A stretch of DNA of 64,000 bases from Yuukianura sp. NJ FZ-2021 (Eukaryota), in the NCBI GenBank assembly GCA_046563655.1, contig CM102285.1, positions 1,488,001 to 1,552,000 on the forward strand, in the 5' to 3' direction. The notes beneath the pieces were generated by a model. The model ran no database searches. It was not told the DNA's origin and saw nothing but the letters and a program-made list of their open reading frames with translations. The position numbers and the translations under genes were made by a program. Within the stretch, counting starts at the first letter, position 1; every line of letters begins with the position of its first letter. Shown piece after piece: positions 62,244 through 64,000 of this stretch.

Positions 62244-64000
62244 TTTCAAAATTGAGATTTTTTTGAAACATGAATTTTATGGTCATACTACAAACGGATG
62301 GTGTATTGGAAAGAAAACTTTTTTTTTGAATTTCTACTGTGAAATTTTTGTCTGCCGTATAAATCATGCTCCATTTTATTATTAAATCCCAATTCTTTCT
62401 CTCTTTCTCTGCCGCTCATAAATCTCCATCACCCTCCTAAAATATGAACTCAAATTCCTCTCCTCCAACCTCCTAAATTAATGTCACTTTTCCTTTTCTC
62501 CAAAATTTCGAAAAAATTTCAAAAAAACGAGATTTCCCTCCACCACAAAAATCTCTCATTTTTGAAATTCAGTCCAAGAAGCTAAGCTTTATTGGCTCCC
62601 TCAAATTAAAAAAAACGATTTGTCACATTTTTTGAATTTCAAAAACACTTTTTGAGGACTACGAAAAGCTTCTTATTGTTGTAGAGTTGTGTAGAATTAT
62701 TTTGATCCTTCATATTTCAACAATGGAGAAGTTGAATTGCTCTTTTGGCGCGTTTCTTTTCAAATTTTGAAAGTTAGGGGATTTGAACAATTTTTTTTTG
62801 CGGCGCGTATTTAGTACAAAATTTTAATACACGACAGAAGTGTTTCTCAGCTGCTTTTGAAAAATAGAGCTTCGTCATTGGTCTAATATGACTTTGAAGG
62901 TGACAGATTTCGAGAGGGGATCAAAATTTTCCTTTCAAAATTTCAATTGACAAATGTAAAATGAAAAAGAGAAGCAGAAAGCCTGTGTTCCATTTCGACT
63001 GCTACTGAATTCAAACAGGTAAAATTTCAAATCCTATTTGAACAAAAAAAGTTACTTCATCCCATGGGGTCGTTTTTGAATTTTGAAAAGCATTGAGTTC
63101 AAATGGGAAAAAAATTTAAAAAAAGAAGAAGTTTCAATTGAATTGGAACAATTGTAGATTGAATTATAGAGCCTATTTATAGCGATTTCAATTGAATTTA
63201 CGAACTCATGTTCTGATTTGTATAGCTTTTCAAAAATAGTTGTAAATTTCAGTCGTAGAGTTCAATTCAAAATTTCCAAAGTTCAAAATTTGAAAATTTT
63301 CAAAATACTCAGTTTCAGTTTAACGGTGCTATTAAAGTGGTCACCTTGGTTGGTGTCATGACTTGTGCAGCTTAGTTTTTTTTTTTCGAAAAAGCAAAGT
63401 TTTTGTAAAATTGTGATTGTAAATTTGTAATGTTTCTTTTGAAAGTGTGGGAAAATGAATAATGTTCAAAATTTGTTTGTTTTGGGATTAGATTTTAGTG
63501 GGAAGTTGAGGTATATGTACAAAACACAACTAAAATTTTCACACGGACATATGTAGTTCACTTCAGGCGTTGGATGGAACTGCGCAGACTCCTCTGCTTA
63601 GATGACTAAAATGTTACAAATGTCCAAAATTGTCATTATGAAGGAAAAAAGGAAAGTAAGACTTTGTGTAAACACTTGATGGGCTTAAGCACAGTACTTA
63701 CTCTTCCTTTTCACGTTCATTTTTACTCCTGATTGTCTCATCTGCGCATACACTCATGTTTTAGAAATTGAATTCTCCCGCGAACATAATTCCTTATTCT
63801 CCCTCTGCTGAACTTAATTGAAAAGAACTCAAATCCCTTGACGGACATTAATCACACGATTCCACTCAAAGGCAAAATGCTATAAGCTCTCACCCACTTC
63901 ACTTACTAGCGCACCACTTTTCAAAAAAAGATTCAAAAACGAATCAGTCAAATTTTTGCTGACTAATCAAAATCCTTGACTTTGGCAAACCTCTTATGTA

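Overview
AT-rich, intron-containing eukaryotic DNA from an arthropod (a springtail/Collembola-like genome is a guess only). It holds: (1) an Iroquois-class TALE homeobox gene with mirror-diagnostic residues (+ strand, about 18.7-32.4 kb, about 422 aa after manual splicing) inside a large gene-poor region with several strong candidate cis-regulatory sites (perfect EcRE, DR1 sites, AP-1 cluster); (2) three tandem six-exon CRAL-TRIO/SEC14-like genes (55.4-62.2 kb) that all begin with a signal-peptide-like N-terminus and lack a visible GOLD domain, so they may be secreted lipid-binding proteins; (3) several non-autonomous transposons. The clearest is a 1,423-bp TIR element inserted at AAA|TTT with no target-site duplication, shown by the paralogous empty site (Spy-like). 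It contains a Helentron-type (DINE-1/HINE-like) element, which in turn contains a foldback MITE, plus an array of TGTGCA motifs spaced about 31-32 bp apart. A second, intact HINE-like element with minisatellites lies at 46.2-47.3 kb. Most ORFs in the supplied track are spurious. All gene models were spliced by eye, without transcript evidence.
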